A DNA stretch of 64,000 nt from Actinomycetota bacterium (GCA_039188975.1 JBCCYT010000003.1:2703-66702), one strand, 5' to 3'; positions 16,483 to 25,835 are shown, counted from the stretch's first letter. Translations and numbers: made by a program. Notes: generated from the sequence alone by a model not told the origin.

Positions 16483-17880
16483 ATGCCGAACCATGATGTG
16501 CTCGATGTCGACCTCGACGGTCCGTCGAAACGGTCGAATTGGCGGGCCCGTGTCACGGTGATCATCGGGTTGCTCGCCCTGATCGGCGCCGCGGCCGCCG
16601 TGCTACAGATGACGGACACAAACGGCACCAACGATCCAGACGCGATCGACCAGACACCCGACGATGAGGAAGACACCGTGCTCGGTGAGGTCGTGGTCGA
16701 GATCCAAAGCGCGGGGCGCGCCGACGGACTCGACTCGCTGCGAATGCCGATGGTTGCGTCACCCAACGACGGCCTCGTCGACGGCCAACAGGTCGCACTG
16801 AGCGCAGCCGGCTTCCAACCAAACACCACGATCGCGACGGTGCAATGCGCCGCGACACCCGGATCGATCGGCGGCGAAAGCAACTGCGATGTCGGGAACT
16901 ACACCCTTCACTCCTCCGACGAGAACGGAGAGATCAAGGTTCGCATGACGGTCCGCCGCTACATCTCCACCGCCAACGGCGAAGTCGACTGCGCCAACCC
17001 CGGCGAGTTCCAGTGCGTCATCGCCGCTGCCAACATCTCCGACTACGACGAATCGGCGACCGCCGACGTCTGGTTCGACCCGACCGTCGACGGCGAACGA
17101 GGCCCGATCATCGAGGTGTCGCAGCTCGACGGACTGCATGACGGCGACATCGTCACCGTGAGCGGCACCGGCTTTCCGCCGGACGCGCCCGTCATCGTCG
17201 GGCAGTGCATCGTCGGTGGTTCATGGAGTATCTACGGGTGTTGGGATCTTGATGCCCGCCTTGCCGATGTCGTGGCGGACTCGCAGGGCTCCTTCAGCGT
17301 CGAGGCGAACGTGCGCCGGGTGGCGAACGGCAACCAAGACTGTTTTGCCTCGCTCTACGGCTGCCGCATCGCCGCCCGAGCCGACGTCACCCCGTTCGAA
17401 CTCGGCGACGGCACCGCCACCAACCCGGTGCGGCTCTGGTTCGACGGCACCACACAGCCCGACGACCTCGCATACGGCGTGGCCTACTCGTTGAATCCCG
17501 ACCGCAACCTCGCCGATGGCGAGGTCGTGACCTTGGCGATGAGCAACCTCACCATCCTTGCCGAGTGCACTGAGCACGAGTTGCTCGACGCCGACGGCGA
17601 CGTGGTCGAGGTCTGGGCCGACTGCCGAGAAGTGCCCCTCACCGACGGCACCGTCACCGCGATGCAATGCGTCGATCTCGCAGCCGGCGAGGAGTACTGC
17701 ACCGACGCCGTCGAACTCGAGGTTGCCGACGGTACTGCGAGCGGGTCGGTCACTGTCCAGCGCTTCTTCCTCCGGGAATCCGGCGAACGGGTCGACTGCG
17801 CCGAACCAGGCCGGATCTGCGAACTGCGCCTCGGCGGCGACATCGCCGGTTACGTGCCGCTGCGGTTCGCCGGCGACTGA
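16483..17880 (+). CDS. membrane-anchored secreted protein with three tandem neocarzinostatin-like domains
   Basis: An N-terminal TM helix is followed by three ~110-aa repeats. Each has a DG-x-V-x-[LV]-S-x-x-GF...QC start and a paired-Cys end (VDCANPGEFQCVIAA, QDCFASLYGCRIAA, VDCAEPGRICELRL). Start is ATG 16453 or 16483. Confidence 0.6.
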   Translation: MPNHDVLDVDLDGPSKRSNWRARVTVIIGLLALIGAAAAVLQMTDTNGTNDPDAIDQTPDDEEDTVLGEVVVEIQSAGRADGLDSLRMPMVASPNDGLVDGQQVALSAAGFQPNTTIATVQCAATPGSIGGESNCDVGNYTLHSSDENGEIKVRMTVRRYISTANGEVDCANPGEFQCVIAAANISDYDESATADVWFDPTVDGERGPIIEVSQLDGLHDGDIVTVSGTGFPPDAPVIVGQCIVGGSWSIYGCWDLDARLADVVADSQGSFSVEANVRRVANGNQDCFASLYGCRIAARADVTPFELGDGTATNPVRLWFDGTTQPDDLAYGVAYSLNPDRNLADGEVVTLAMSNLTILAECTEHELLDADGDVVEVWADCREVPLTDGTVTAMQCVDLAAGEEYCTDAVELEVADGTASGSVTVQRFFLRESGERVDCAEPGRICELRLGGDIAGYVPLRFAGD

Positions 17881-17893
17881 CGGCCGCTGCGCC

Positions 17894-17937
17894 GTTAACC
17901 GAACGTTCAGATAGGCCGCTCTGACCGTTCACCCAGT
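17894..17937 (+). promoter_or_regulatory. PHO-box-like direct repeats upstream of pstS
   Basis: GTTAACC (17894), GTTCAGA (17905) and GTTCACC (17927) keep 11-nt phasing, and the 17916 unit is degenerate. The array ends ~40 nt before the pstS ATG. Confidence 0.6.
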
Positions 17938-17977
17938 AGCAGTCGAAAGCAAACTTCGGATCCGTAGCTTGCGCGGC

Positions 17978-19090
17978 ATGCAAACAACGAACCTGCAACG
18001 GGCCCGCCTGCTCGTCATCTTGCTCACGGTCTTCTCGCTCGTCGTCGCTGCTTGTGGCAGCGACGAGGAAGAGACCACAGCCGAGTCGACCGACGCTGCG
18101 GCGAGTTCGGAAGCCTCCAGTGACGCAGGAAGCTCCGACCTCGAGGGTGAGTTCCTCGTCTCGGGTTCCTCCACCGTGTTCCCCATCGTGCAGAAGCAGG
18201 CCGAAGAGTTCGCCGCCGCCAACCCCGGCGTTGCCATCTCGGTCGAGGGGCCCGGCTCCGGCGACGGCGCAGCCTTGTTCTGCGAAGGCGAGATCCCGAT
18301 CGGCAATGCCTCGCGTGCCTACAAAGACGAAGAGATTGCCAACTGTGAAGCCAACGGCATCGAGTTCATCGAACTGCGGCGCGGCATCGACGGCATCTCG
18401 GTCATCACCTCCGCCGACAACGACGCCGTCGACTGTGTCTCGTTCAACCAGCTCTACGCCCTCATCTCCACCGACGCTCAGGGCGTTGAATCATGGGCCG
18501 GCGGCAACGACATCCTCACCGCGATCGGGTCCGGCGCCGACGCGCTTCCCGACGCGCCACTCGACATCTTCGGTCCGGGTGAAGAATCGGGAACCTTCGA
18601 CTCGTTCGGCGAGATCGTGATCGAAGCGGTCGCCAAGGGCAAGACCGGTCTCGACACCGAGGCGTATGCGTTCACCGACGAGATTCGCCCTGACTACCAG
18701 TCCTCAGGCAACGACAACGTCATCATCGAAGGCATTGGTTCGAGCGCCACCAGCCTCGGTTGGGTCGGCTTCGCCTTCGCCAAGGAAGCCGAGGAAGCCG
18801 GTGAGGCGAAGCTCCTCGCCGTGTCGAAGGAAGACGGCGGCGACTGCATCATCCCGAGCCCGGAGACCATCGCCTCGGCCGAGTTCCCGATCGCTCGTTT
18901 CCTCTACACCTACGTCAACGCCGAAATGGCGGCCAACGACCCCGCCGTTGCCGCCTTCGTCGACTACATGATGAGTGACACCGGCCTCGAAGCAGTCACC
19001 GCCGCCGGCTACATCGACCTCTCTGAGGCAGACCAGTCGCTCGCTCAGACGGTCTGGGCGGAGCGCATCACTGGCCGCAGCTTCAGCTGA
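17978..19090 (+). CDS. pstS: phosphate ABC transporter substrate-binding lipoprotein
   Basis: It has a lipobox (LVVAACGS) and PstS-family motifs (GSSTVFPIVQ, GPGSGDG). Confidence 0.88.
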   Translation: MQTTNLQRARLLVILLTVFSLVVAACGSDEEETTAESTDAAASSEASSDAGSSDLEGEFLVSGSSTVFPIVQKQAEEFAAANPGVAISVEGPGSGDGAALFCEGEIPIGNASRAYKDEEIANCEANGIEFIELRRGIDGISVITSADNDAVDCVSFNQLYALISTDAQGVESWAGGNDILTAIGSGADALPDAPLDIFGPGEESGTFDSFGEIVIEAVAKGKTGLDTEAYAFTDEIRPDYQSSGNDNVIIEGIGSSATSLGWVGFAFAKEAEEAGEAKLLAVSKEDGGDCIIPSPETIASAEFPIARFLYTYVNAEMAANDPAVAAFVDYMMSDTGLEAVTAAGYIDLSEADQSLAQTVWAERITGRSFS

Positions 19091-19216
19091 CCCGGCAACC
19101 GACGCCAGCCCGCCACCACAACCAAATCCCCCTCCTCGGGCGGGGCGCGGACCGATCCACTCGGCCGTGTCCCGCCCCGGGCGTTTTCAGGGCTGTCCAT
19201 CTCGGGCTCGACCCTC

Positions 19217-19255
19217 GTTCACCGTCCGTTCACCCAAAGGTGGTGAACGTTCAGA
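19217..19255 (+). promoter_or_regulatory. PHO-box-like direct repeats upstream of the second pstS
   Basis: GTTCACC occurs at 19217 and 19228 (11-nt spacing), followed by the inverted GGTGAAC at 19242 and GTTCAGA at 19249. The array lies ~50 nt before the ATG at 19306. Confidence 0.6.
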
Positions 19256-19305
19256 CAACCCCCCTCGTGCGGTCAACTCGCCGCCGTAGCGTCGCGACCG
19301 TCGCT

Positions 19306-20442
19306 ATGTCCTCATCGCTTCCCACGTCCCAACAGCGGCTCGTTTCGATGGCCGTCGTCGCCCTCGTCATCGCCGTCGTTGGCGTTGTCGTCGACTCGGT
19401 GACCGGCGACCCGGAAACCGCAGCGGCCCCGACGGCGGTCACTGCAACGGAAGATGTCGAAGAAGAGCGAGTCCCGCTCGCCGAGCTGACCGGCGAGTTC
19501 AACGTGGCAGGATCGTCAACGGTCTTCCCGATCGTGCAGCTCCAGGCCGAGCGATTCAAGGAACTCGCCCCGGGTGTCGCCATCTCCGTCGAGGGACAGG
19601 GTTCCGGCGACGGTGCCCAGCTCTTCTGTACAGGTGAAGTGCCGATCGCCAACGCGTCCCGCCTCTTCAAACAAGAAGAGATCGACCTGTGCGCCGACAA
19701 CGGCATCGAGTTCATCGAGATCCGGCGAGCGGTCGACGGCATCACCGTGATCACGTCGCCAGCAAATGACGCCGTGGACTGTGTGTCGTTCAATGACCTC
19801 TATGCGCTGCTCTCGTCGGAAGCACAGGGTTTCACGGCGTGGTCCGACGCCAACACCCTCACCTCGGCCTGGGGTGGCACCGAGTTCCCCGATGGCCTCG
19901 AGCTCGACATCTTCGGTCCCGGTGAAGAATCCGGCACCTTCGACTCCTTCACCGAGATCGTCATCGAATCGGTCGCCGACGGTGATACCGGCCTCGACAC
20001 CGCCGCTCGGGACTTCGTCGAGACGATCCGCCCCGACTACTCGTCATCGGGCAACGACAACGTGATCGTCACCGGTGTCGAGTCGAGCAGCCACTCCATC
20101 GGTTGGATCGGCTATGCGTTCGCGGCCGAAGCCGCTGAAGCCGGCAGCGCGAAGCTCCTGCGGGTCTCGGTCGAAGACGGCGGCACCTGCGTGAGCCCCA
20201 ACGAAGAGACGATCGGCGCGGCGGCGTTCCCCATCTCTCGTTTCCTCTACACCTACGTCAGCGCCTCGGCCGCCGAAACAGATCAGGCGGTGAGTGATTT
20301 CGTCGACTACATGCTCTCCGACGAAGGTCTCGAGGCGGTGAGCGAGGTCGGCTACATCGACCTGCCAAACGCGGACCGTACGAGAGCGAACACGATCTGG
20401 CGGGCCGGCCTCACCGGCTCGGGTCAGTGGACCGAGGACTGA
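19306..20442 (+). CDS. pstS: phosphate-binding protein paralog (signal-anchored, no lipobox)
   Basis: It is roughly 65% identical by eye to the upstream PstS over the mature domain. The N-terminal helix LVSMAVVALVIAVVGVVV has no Cys. Confidence 0.85.
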   Translation: MSSSLPTSQQRLVSMAVVALVIAVVGVVVDSVTGDPETAAAPTAVTATEDVEEERVPLAELTGEFNVAGSSTVFPIVQLQAERFKELAPGVAISVEGQGSGDGAQLFCTGEVPIANASRLFKQEEIDLCADNGIEFIEIRRAVDGITVITSPANDAVDCVSFNDLYALLSSEAQGFTAWSDANTLTSAWGGTEFPDGLELDIFGPGEESGTFDSFTEIVIESVADGDTGLDTAARDFVETIRPDYSSSGNDNVIVTGVESSSHSIGWIGYAFAAEAAEAGSAKLLRVSVEDGGTCVSPNEETIGAAAFPISRFLYTYVSASAAETDQAVSDFVDYMLSDEGLEAVSEVGYIDLPNADRTRANTIWRAGLTGSGQWTED

Positions 20443-20443
20443 C

Positions 20444-21919
20444 ATGACGACCACGATCACGGCTGAAGACCTCACCATCGAACTCGCACCGGCCACCGGG
20501 CGCCCGCTCCAGCGTTGGCGGCGAGGGGTCACCCTGCTCCTCGAGGGTGTGCTCTACATCGTGATCACCTTGCTGGTCGCCATCGTCGAGTACTTCGTCA
20601 GTGGACCCATCACCGATTTCGGCCTGTCCAACTGGTGGATCGGCGCCATCATCTACGGCGGTCTCGAAGGCCACAGCTGGCCAGGCGCTCAGAGCTTCGC
20701 CATGCGACTCACCGGCAGCTCCGTGATGCTCGACCGTGGTGGCCATGCGGGCACGCTCCAGATGGCGCTACGACAAACGCTCCGCTTCTTGCTGCTCTAC
20801 GGCTTCGCCATCTGGGGCATCGAACTCGTCGGTGGTTCGTTCAATGTGGCGTGGATCGCCTTTGTCGCCGTCGGTGTCGGTGTCGTCACGGTGGTGATGG
20901 AACGGCTCGGGCTCGGTGCCAAAGCGCCATGGGACTTCGCCATCGGCGGATCGGTCGTCGAAGGGGCGATGAGCGGTGCTGCGTTCGAGCTGGCGCCGGT
21001 TCGTTCCACCACCGATCTTCAGCTCGCACCCGCCCGAGCCGCCCAAAACCGTCGGGCGCAAAACCTGATGCTCATCGCCGGATTGTCCTCCGTCGTCGTG
21101 AGCGTCCTGATCGTCTACAACATCTTCACCGAGGCTGCCGTCTTCGTCGCCGACGCCGAGTTCAGCTGGGGCCTGCTCTTCGATGAAGGCTGGTTCCCCC
21201 GCCGCGGTCAGTTCGACCTCTCCACCCTCTTCGTCGGCACCCTGTGGGTGACGCTCATCGCCATGGTCGTCGCCGCCCCCGTCGGTATCGGCGTTGCGTT
21301 CTACCTGTCGGAGTACGCCACCGAGCGGACGCAGCGGTTCGCCAAGCCGCTCATCGAAACGCTGGCATCGATCCCGTCGGTCGTGCTCGGCCTGTTTGCC
21401 ATCAGCTTCATCTTTCCGAACATCCTTCGCCCGATCTTCAGCGACATCGGCATCTTCTCGTTGCTGGCTGCCGGCCTCGGCGTTGGCATCTTGACCATCC
21501 CGATCGTGGCGTCGATCTCCGAAGATGCGATGCGAGCCGTACCGCAGGAGCTGCGCGAAGCGAGCTACGGGCTTGGCGCTCGCAAAGCCACAACTGCGTT
21601 GCGGGTCGTCTTCCCGGCTGCAATCTCCGGCATTTCGGCCGCACTGATCGTCGGGATTTCGCGGGCGATTGGCGAGACCATGGTCGTCTTCATCGCGGCG
21701 GGTGGCACCGGCGGTCAGCTCTTCGAAACCGACCCAACCGAAGCCGGCCAGACCGTGACCGCCGCCATGGCTTCGGTGGCAGCCGGCACCGACTCGGTGG
21801 CCGGCTCCGGGCTCGCGTTCCAGAGCCTCTACTTCCTCGGCGCCTTGTTGTTCCTCTTCACGTTGTTGCTCAACGTGGCATCCGACTCCATCGTTCGTCG
21901 ATTCCGGCAGGTGTACTGA
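20444..21919 (+). CDS. pstC: phosphate ABC transporter permease PstC with an N-terminal RDD-like membrane extension
   Basis: Residues ~200-491 form a typical PstC core (EAA-loop region SEDAMRAVPQELREASYGLGA). Residues 1-~190 are an extra multi-TM module. Confidence 0.88.
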   Translation: MTTTITAEDLTIELAPATGRPLQRWRRGVTLLLEGVLYIVITLLVAIVEYFVSGPITDFGLSNWWIGAIIYGGLEGHSWPGAQSFAMRLTGSSVMLDRGGHAGTLQMALRQTLRFLLLYGFAIWGIELVGGSFNVAWIAFVAVGVGVVTVVMERLGLGAKAPWDFAIGGSVVEGAMSGAAFELAPVRSTTDLQLAPARAAQNRRAQNLMLIAGLSSVVVSVLIVYNIFTEAAVFVADAEFSWGLLFDEGWFPRRGQFDLSTLFVGTLWVTLIAMVVAAPVGIGVAFYLSEYATERTQRFAKPLIETLASIPSVVLGLFAISFIFPNILRPIFSDIGIFSLLAAGLGVGILTIPIVASISEDAMRAVPQELREASYGLGARKATTALRVVFPAAISGISAALIVGISRAIGETMVVFIAAGGTGGQLFETDPTEAGQTVTAAMASVAAGTDSVAGSGLAFQSLYFLGALLFLFTLLLNVASDSIVRRFRQVY

Positions 21920-21920
21920 C

Positions 21921-22835
21921 ATGCGTGGCGAAGCGTTCGACCCTTCAGCCCTCCGTCGTCGTCCAGGCGCCGACCGACCCGGTCAGGCGTTCTACGGCCT
22001 CATCGCGACCGCAGTCCTCATAGCGTTTGTCCTCGTCGCCGCGGTGGTCTGGGACGTCATTCAGGGGTCGTCCGACATCATGACGAGCCGAGCGTGGGAC
22101 TTCTTGACATCCCCGTTCTCGTCGAACCCTGACAACGCCGGTGTCGCCCAGGGCATCAGGGGCACCCTCATCATCGCCGCCATCGTCATCATGACTTTCC
22201 CGATCGGGATCGGCGCTGCGATCTACCTCGAGGAGTACGCGACCGACAACTGGCTGAGCCGCCTCATTCAGGTGACCGTGCGCAACCTCGCCGGCGTTCC
22301 ATCGATCGTCTACGGCCTGCTCGGTCTGGCCGTCTTCGTCCAGACGCTCGGTGGTCTGACGGGCGGCCGGTCGGTCATCTCGGGTGCCCTCACGCTTGCG
22401 GTGCTCGTCCTGCCGATCGTGATCATCACCTCCGCTGAAGCGATTCGGGCCGTCCCGAGCGCCTACCGAGATGGGGCCTACGGTCTCGGCGCGACTCAGT
22501 GGGAAACGATCCGCACCCAGGTGCTCCCCGCAGCGATGCCGGGCATCCTCACTGGCACCGTGCTCTCGATCGCACGTGCGCTGGGCGAAGCGGCGCCGCT
22601 GCTCGTTGTCGGCGCAGCAGGCTTCTACACGGTCGGCAACAACGACTTCCTCGATCAGATGCAAGGTGCGTTCACCGCCTTGCCGATGAACATCACGACG
22701 TTCACGAAAGAGCCGGCCGCCCTCTTCCGTGGCCACGCCTCGTCTGCCAGTCTTGTCCTGCTCGTCCTCGTCTTCCTGGTCAACCTGGTGGCGATCATCG
22801 GACGGGCCCGAATCGCCAAGCGTCTTGGGCGCTGA
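21921..22835 (+). CDS. pstA: phosphate ABC transporter permease PstA
   Basis: It has a typical PstA topology and the EAA loop ([21 protein letters not shown]). Confidence 0.9.
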   Translation: MRGEAFDPSALRRRPGADRPGQAFYGLIATAVLIAFVLVAAVVWDVIQGSSDIMTSRAWDFLTSPFSSNPDNAGVAQGIRGTLIIAAIVIMTFPIGIGAAIYLEEYATDNWLSRLIQVTVRNLAGVPSIVYGLLGLAVFVQTLGGLTGGRSVISGALTLAVLVLPIVIITSAEAIRAVPSAYRDGAYGLGATQWETIRTQVLPAAMPGILTGTVLSIARALGEAAPLLVVGAAGFYTVGNNDFLDQMQGAFTALPMNITTFTKEPAALFRGHASSASLVLLVLVFLVNLVAIIGRARIAKRLGR

Positions 22836-22849
22836 TCTCCGGAGAAACG

Positions 22850-23698
22850 ATGTCCGTGACCGAGAACGAAACCGTCCCCCACGTGTCTGACCTCACCATC
22901 GACCAACGAGATGCAGACGCTGCCGCCGAGGTGTTCAACCTCGCCGACCTCAACGTCTACTACGCCGACAATCGCGCGGTCGCCGACGTCAACCTGACGG
23001 TGAAGGAACGAGAGATCACCGCATTCATCGGACCATCGGGCTGCGGCAAGTCGACCGTGCTGCGCTGCTTCAATCGCATGAACGACCTCATCCCGATCGC
23101 CCGGGTCGAGGGATCGGTGAAATACCACGGCGTCGATCTCTACGCTCCCGAGGTTGACCCGGTCGCGGTTCGTCGCCGGATCGGTATGGTGTTCCAGAAG
23201 CCCAATCCGTTCCCCAAGTCGATCTTCGACAATGTCGCCTACGGCCCCCGCGTCGGCGGCATGAAGGGCAACATGGAAGAGATCGTCGAGAGTTCGCTGC
23301 GACGAGCCGGCCTGTGGGACGAGGTGAAGGATCGTCTCAACGAGTCAGCGCTTGGCATGTCCGGCGGTCAGCAGCAGCGGCTGTGCATCGCCCGTGCGAT
23401 CGCCGTCAACCCCGACGTTCTTCTCATGGACGAACCGTGCTCGGCGCTCGACCCGATCGCGACCGGTCGTATCGAGGAACTCATGAAAGAGATCCAGAAC
23501 GACTACACGATCGTCATCGTCACCCACAACATGCAGCAAGCGGCCCGCGTCTCGGACCGCACCGCCTTCTTCACGGCCGAGCTCGATGACTCCGGGAACC
23601 GGCGCGGACGTCTTGTCGAGTTCGACGAAACCTCCACGATCTTCTCCAACCCGGCCGACGAGCGCACCGAGGCCTATGTGACCGGTCGGTTCGGATGA
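22850..23698 (+). CDS. pstB: phosphate ABC transporter ATP-binding protein
   Basis: Walker A is GPSGCGKST, the signature is LSGGQQQR, and Walker B is LLMDEP. The ATG at 22850 follows a GGAGA ribosome-binding site. Confidence 0.95.
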   Translation: MSVTENETVPHVSDLTIDQRDADAAAEVFNLADLNVYYADNRAVADVNLTVKEREITAFIGPSGCGKSTVLRCFNRMNDLIPIARVEGSVKYHGVDLYAPEVDPVAVRRRIGMVFQKPNPFPKSIFDNVAYGPRVGGMKGNMEEIVESSLRRAGLWDEVKDRLNESALGMSGGQQQRLCIARAIAVNPDVLLMDEPCSALDPIATGRIEELMKEIQNDYTIVIVTHNMQQAARVSDRTAFFTAELDDSGNRRGRLVEFDETSTIFSNPADERTEAYVTGRFG

Positions 23699-25137
23699 TG
23701 GAGAACCGCACGCAGCTCGACGAGCGGATCGGGTTGATCGAGCGGAACCTGCTCGAAATGATCGAGATGGTCGCCGACCGGGTCGGGCAGGTGACGACCG
23801 CGATGCTGGAAGGCGACATTGCCTTGGCCGACGATCTCGTGGCGCGAGACGACGAGATCGACCTGCTGTCGACCCAAGTCGAGGAAGGCTGTGTCGACAC
23901 GCTTGTACGTGAACAGCCGGTTGCATCGGACCTGCGTTTCATCGTGGGCACACTGCACGCCAACTCCGACGTCGAACGCAGCGGCGACCTGGTCGCCAAC
24001 ATCGCCAAGGCGGTCGGCCGCCTGCAAGGTGCCCATCCCGACGATCAAATTCGTGACCTCGTCGCTCACATGTCAGCCCAGGCCGTCGAGCTGTTTCGGC
24101 GGGCGGGGACGGCGTTTCGAACCCGTGACGCAGAGCTGGCCAAGTCGATCGACGAACTCGACGACCTCCTCGACGATCTCCACTACCGCTACATCCAGCA
24201 TGTGATTCAAGACGCTCGTCGCGGCGAGATCGATCCACAACAGTCGTTGCAGCTGGCGCTCGTCGGCCGCTTTTACGAACGGATCGGCGACCATGCGGAG
24301 AACATCGGGGAGCGAGTTCGTTACATCGTCGACGGATGGTCGCCTGAAGCGCAGGCCGCGGAACGGGCGAAGGCTCGCCTCGCTGGCCTCGCCGAGACGC
24401 CCGCGTCGCGAGGTCTCGCGGTGATCGACCAGATCGCCGAGGAACGCCGCATCGATGCCATTCGTCGCGACTTTGTTGCGAACGTCTCTCACGAACTCAA
24501 GACGCCGGTCGGGGCGATGAGCCTCCTTGCGGACACGATCTCCACCGAGCCCAACGCGGAAGATCGAACCCGCCTGAGCGACATGTTGATGCGCGAAGCG
24601 AAGCGGGTCGAAGACATCATCGATGACCTGCTGGAATTGACCCGACTCGAAGAAACCGAATCCGACACCGAAACCGTTGCGGTCGACGACGTTGTGAGCC
24701 GGTCGATCGAAAAGGTCAACGTCTTCGCGTCGACGCAACGGGTCGAACTGGCATCTGTCGGCGTGCCCAGTGGGCTCCTCGTGACCGGCGACCGTCGGGC
24801 GCTCGTGCGGGCCCTCACCAATCTGATCGACAATGCGGTGCGCTACAGCGAGTCCGACTCTCAAGTGACCGTCGTGGTCGAGGACCTGTCCGAGAACGTG
24901 GCGATCAGTGTCCGCGATGAAGGTGTCGGTATTCCTCGCACCGAACTCGAGCGGGTGTTCGAACGCTTCTACCGAGTCGACCGAGCCCGGAGTCGAGAGA
25001 CCGGCGGAACCGGCCTGGGCTTGGCGATCGTCCGGCACGTCGCCAGTAACCACGGCGGTCGCGTGTCGGTCGAATCCAAACCCGGTGACGGTTCGGTCTT
25101 CACGATCACCTTGCCGCTGGAGGCAACCGTTCTGTGA
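23695..25137 (+). CDS. PhoU-domain fused to a histidine kinase (cytoplasmic, no TM or PAS)
   Basis: Residues 1-~215 are a two-repeat PhoU ([12 protein letters not shown]...[13 protein letters not shown]; [18 protein letters not shown]). Then come the H-box [13 protein letters not shown], the N-box [10 protein letters not shown]1 DEGVGIP and G2 [10 protein letters not shown]. An ATGA overlap joins it to pstB and a GTGA overlap joins it to the regulator. Confidence 0.88.
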   Translation: MMENRTQLDERIGLIERNLLEMIEMVADRVGQVTTAMLEGDIALADDLVARDDEIDLLSTQVEEGCVDTLVREQPVASDLRFIVGTLHANSDVERSGDLVANIAKAVGRLQGAHPDDQIRDLVAHMSAQAVELFRRAGTAFRTRDAELAKSIDELDDLLDDLHYRYIQHVIQDARRGEIDPQQSLQLALVGRFYERIGDHAENIGERVRYIVDGWSPEAQAAERAKARLAGLAETPASRGLAVIDQIAEERRIDAIRRDFVANVSHELKTPVGAMSLLADTISTEPNAEDRTRLSDMLMREAKRVEDIIDDLLELTRLEETESDTETVAVDDVVSRSIEKVNVFASTQRVELASVGVPSGLLVTGDRRALVRALTNLIDNAVRYSESDSQVTVVVEDLSENVAISVRDEGVGIPRTELERVFERFYRVDRARSRETGGTGLGLAIVRHVASNHGGRVSVESKPGDGSVFTITLPLEATVL

Positions 25138-25835
25138 CCGATCTGATCAGCGTCCTGGTTGTCGATGACGAACCAGCGTTTCGGGAAGGGCTTCGTCAAG
25201 CCCTCAAACAGGAAGGGTTCATCGTGCACCTCGCCGCTGATGGCGAGGAAGCACTCGAGGTCTACCGGGCATATCACCCGGATCTCGTTCTGCTCGACGT
25301 GATGCTGCCCCGTATGTCCGGCATCGATGTCTGTCGCCAGATCCGAGCGGCGGACGACACGCCCGTCATCATGGTGTCGGCCCGCAACGAAGAGATCGAC
25401 GCTGTCGTCGCGCTCGAGGTCGGCGCCGATGACTATGTCTCGAAGCCCTATCGAGTGCGTGAGCTCGTCGCCCGCATGCGAACCGTCTTGCGTCGAGCCG
25501 GCACCGCACCGAACCAGCGCGACGAGACACCCGCATCGGTGCTCACGGTTGGAGAGATCTCCCTCGACCGAGACCGCCACGAGGTCGCGATCAACGGCGA
25601 GTCGGTGCAGCTGCCGCTCAAAGAGTTCCAGCTCCTCGCACTCCTGATGGAAAACGCCGGCATCGTCGTCACCCGCCAGACACTCATCGACCGGGTGTGG
25701 GGCTACGACTATGTCGGCGACACCAAGACCCTCGATGTGCACATCAAACGGCTGCGGGCCAAGGTCGAGCCGATGCCCGACAACCCCGAGCGCATCGTCA
25801 CCATCCGCGGGCTGGGCTACAAGCTGAATTCCTGA
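25134..25835 (+). CDS. OmpR/PhoB-family response regulator (RegX3/PhoP-like)
   Basis: The receiver domain has LVVDDE...LVLLDVMLP...VSKP. The winged-helix output has LDVHIKRLRAKVE and IVTIRGLGYKL. Confidence 0.92.
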   Translation: MTDLISVLVVDDEPAFREGLRQALKQEGFIVHLAADGEEALEVYRAYHPDLVLLDVMLPRMSGIDVCRQIRAADDTPVIMVSARNEEIDAVVALEVGADDYVSKPYRVRELVARMRTVLRRAGTAPNQRDETPASVLTVGEISLDRDRHEVAINGESVQLPLKEFQLLALLMENAGIVVTRQTLIDRVWGYDYVGDTKTLDVHIKRLRAKVEPMPDNPERIVTIRGLGYKLNS

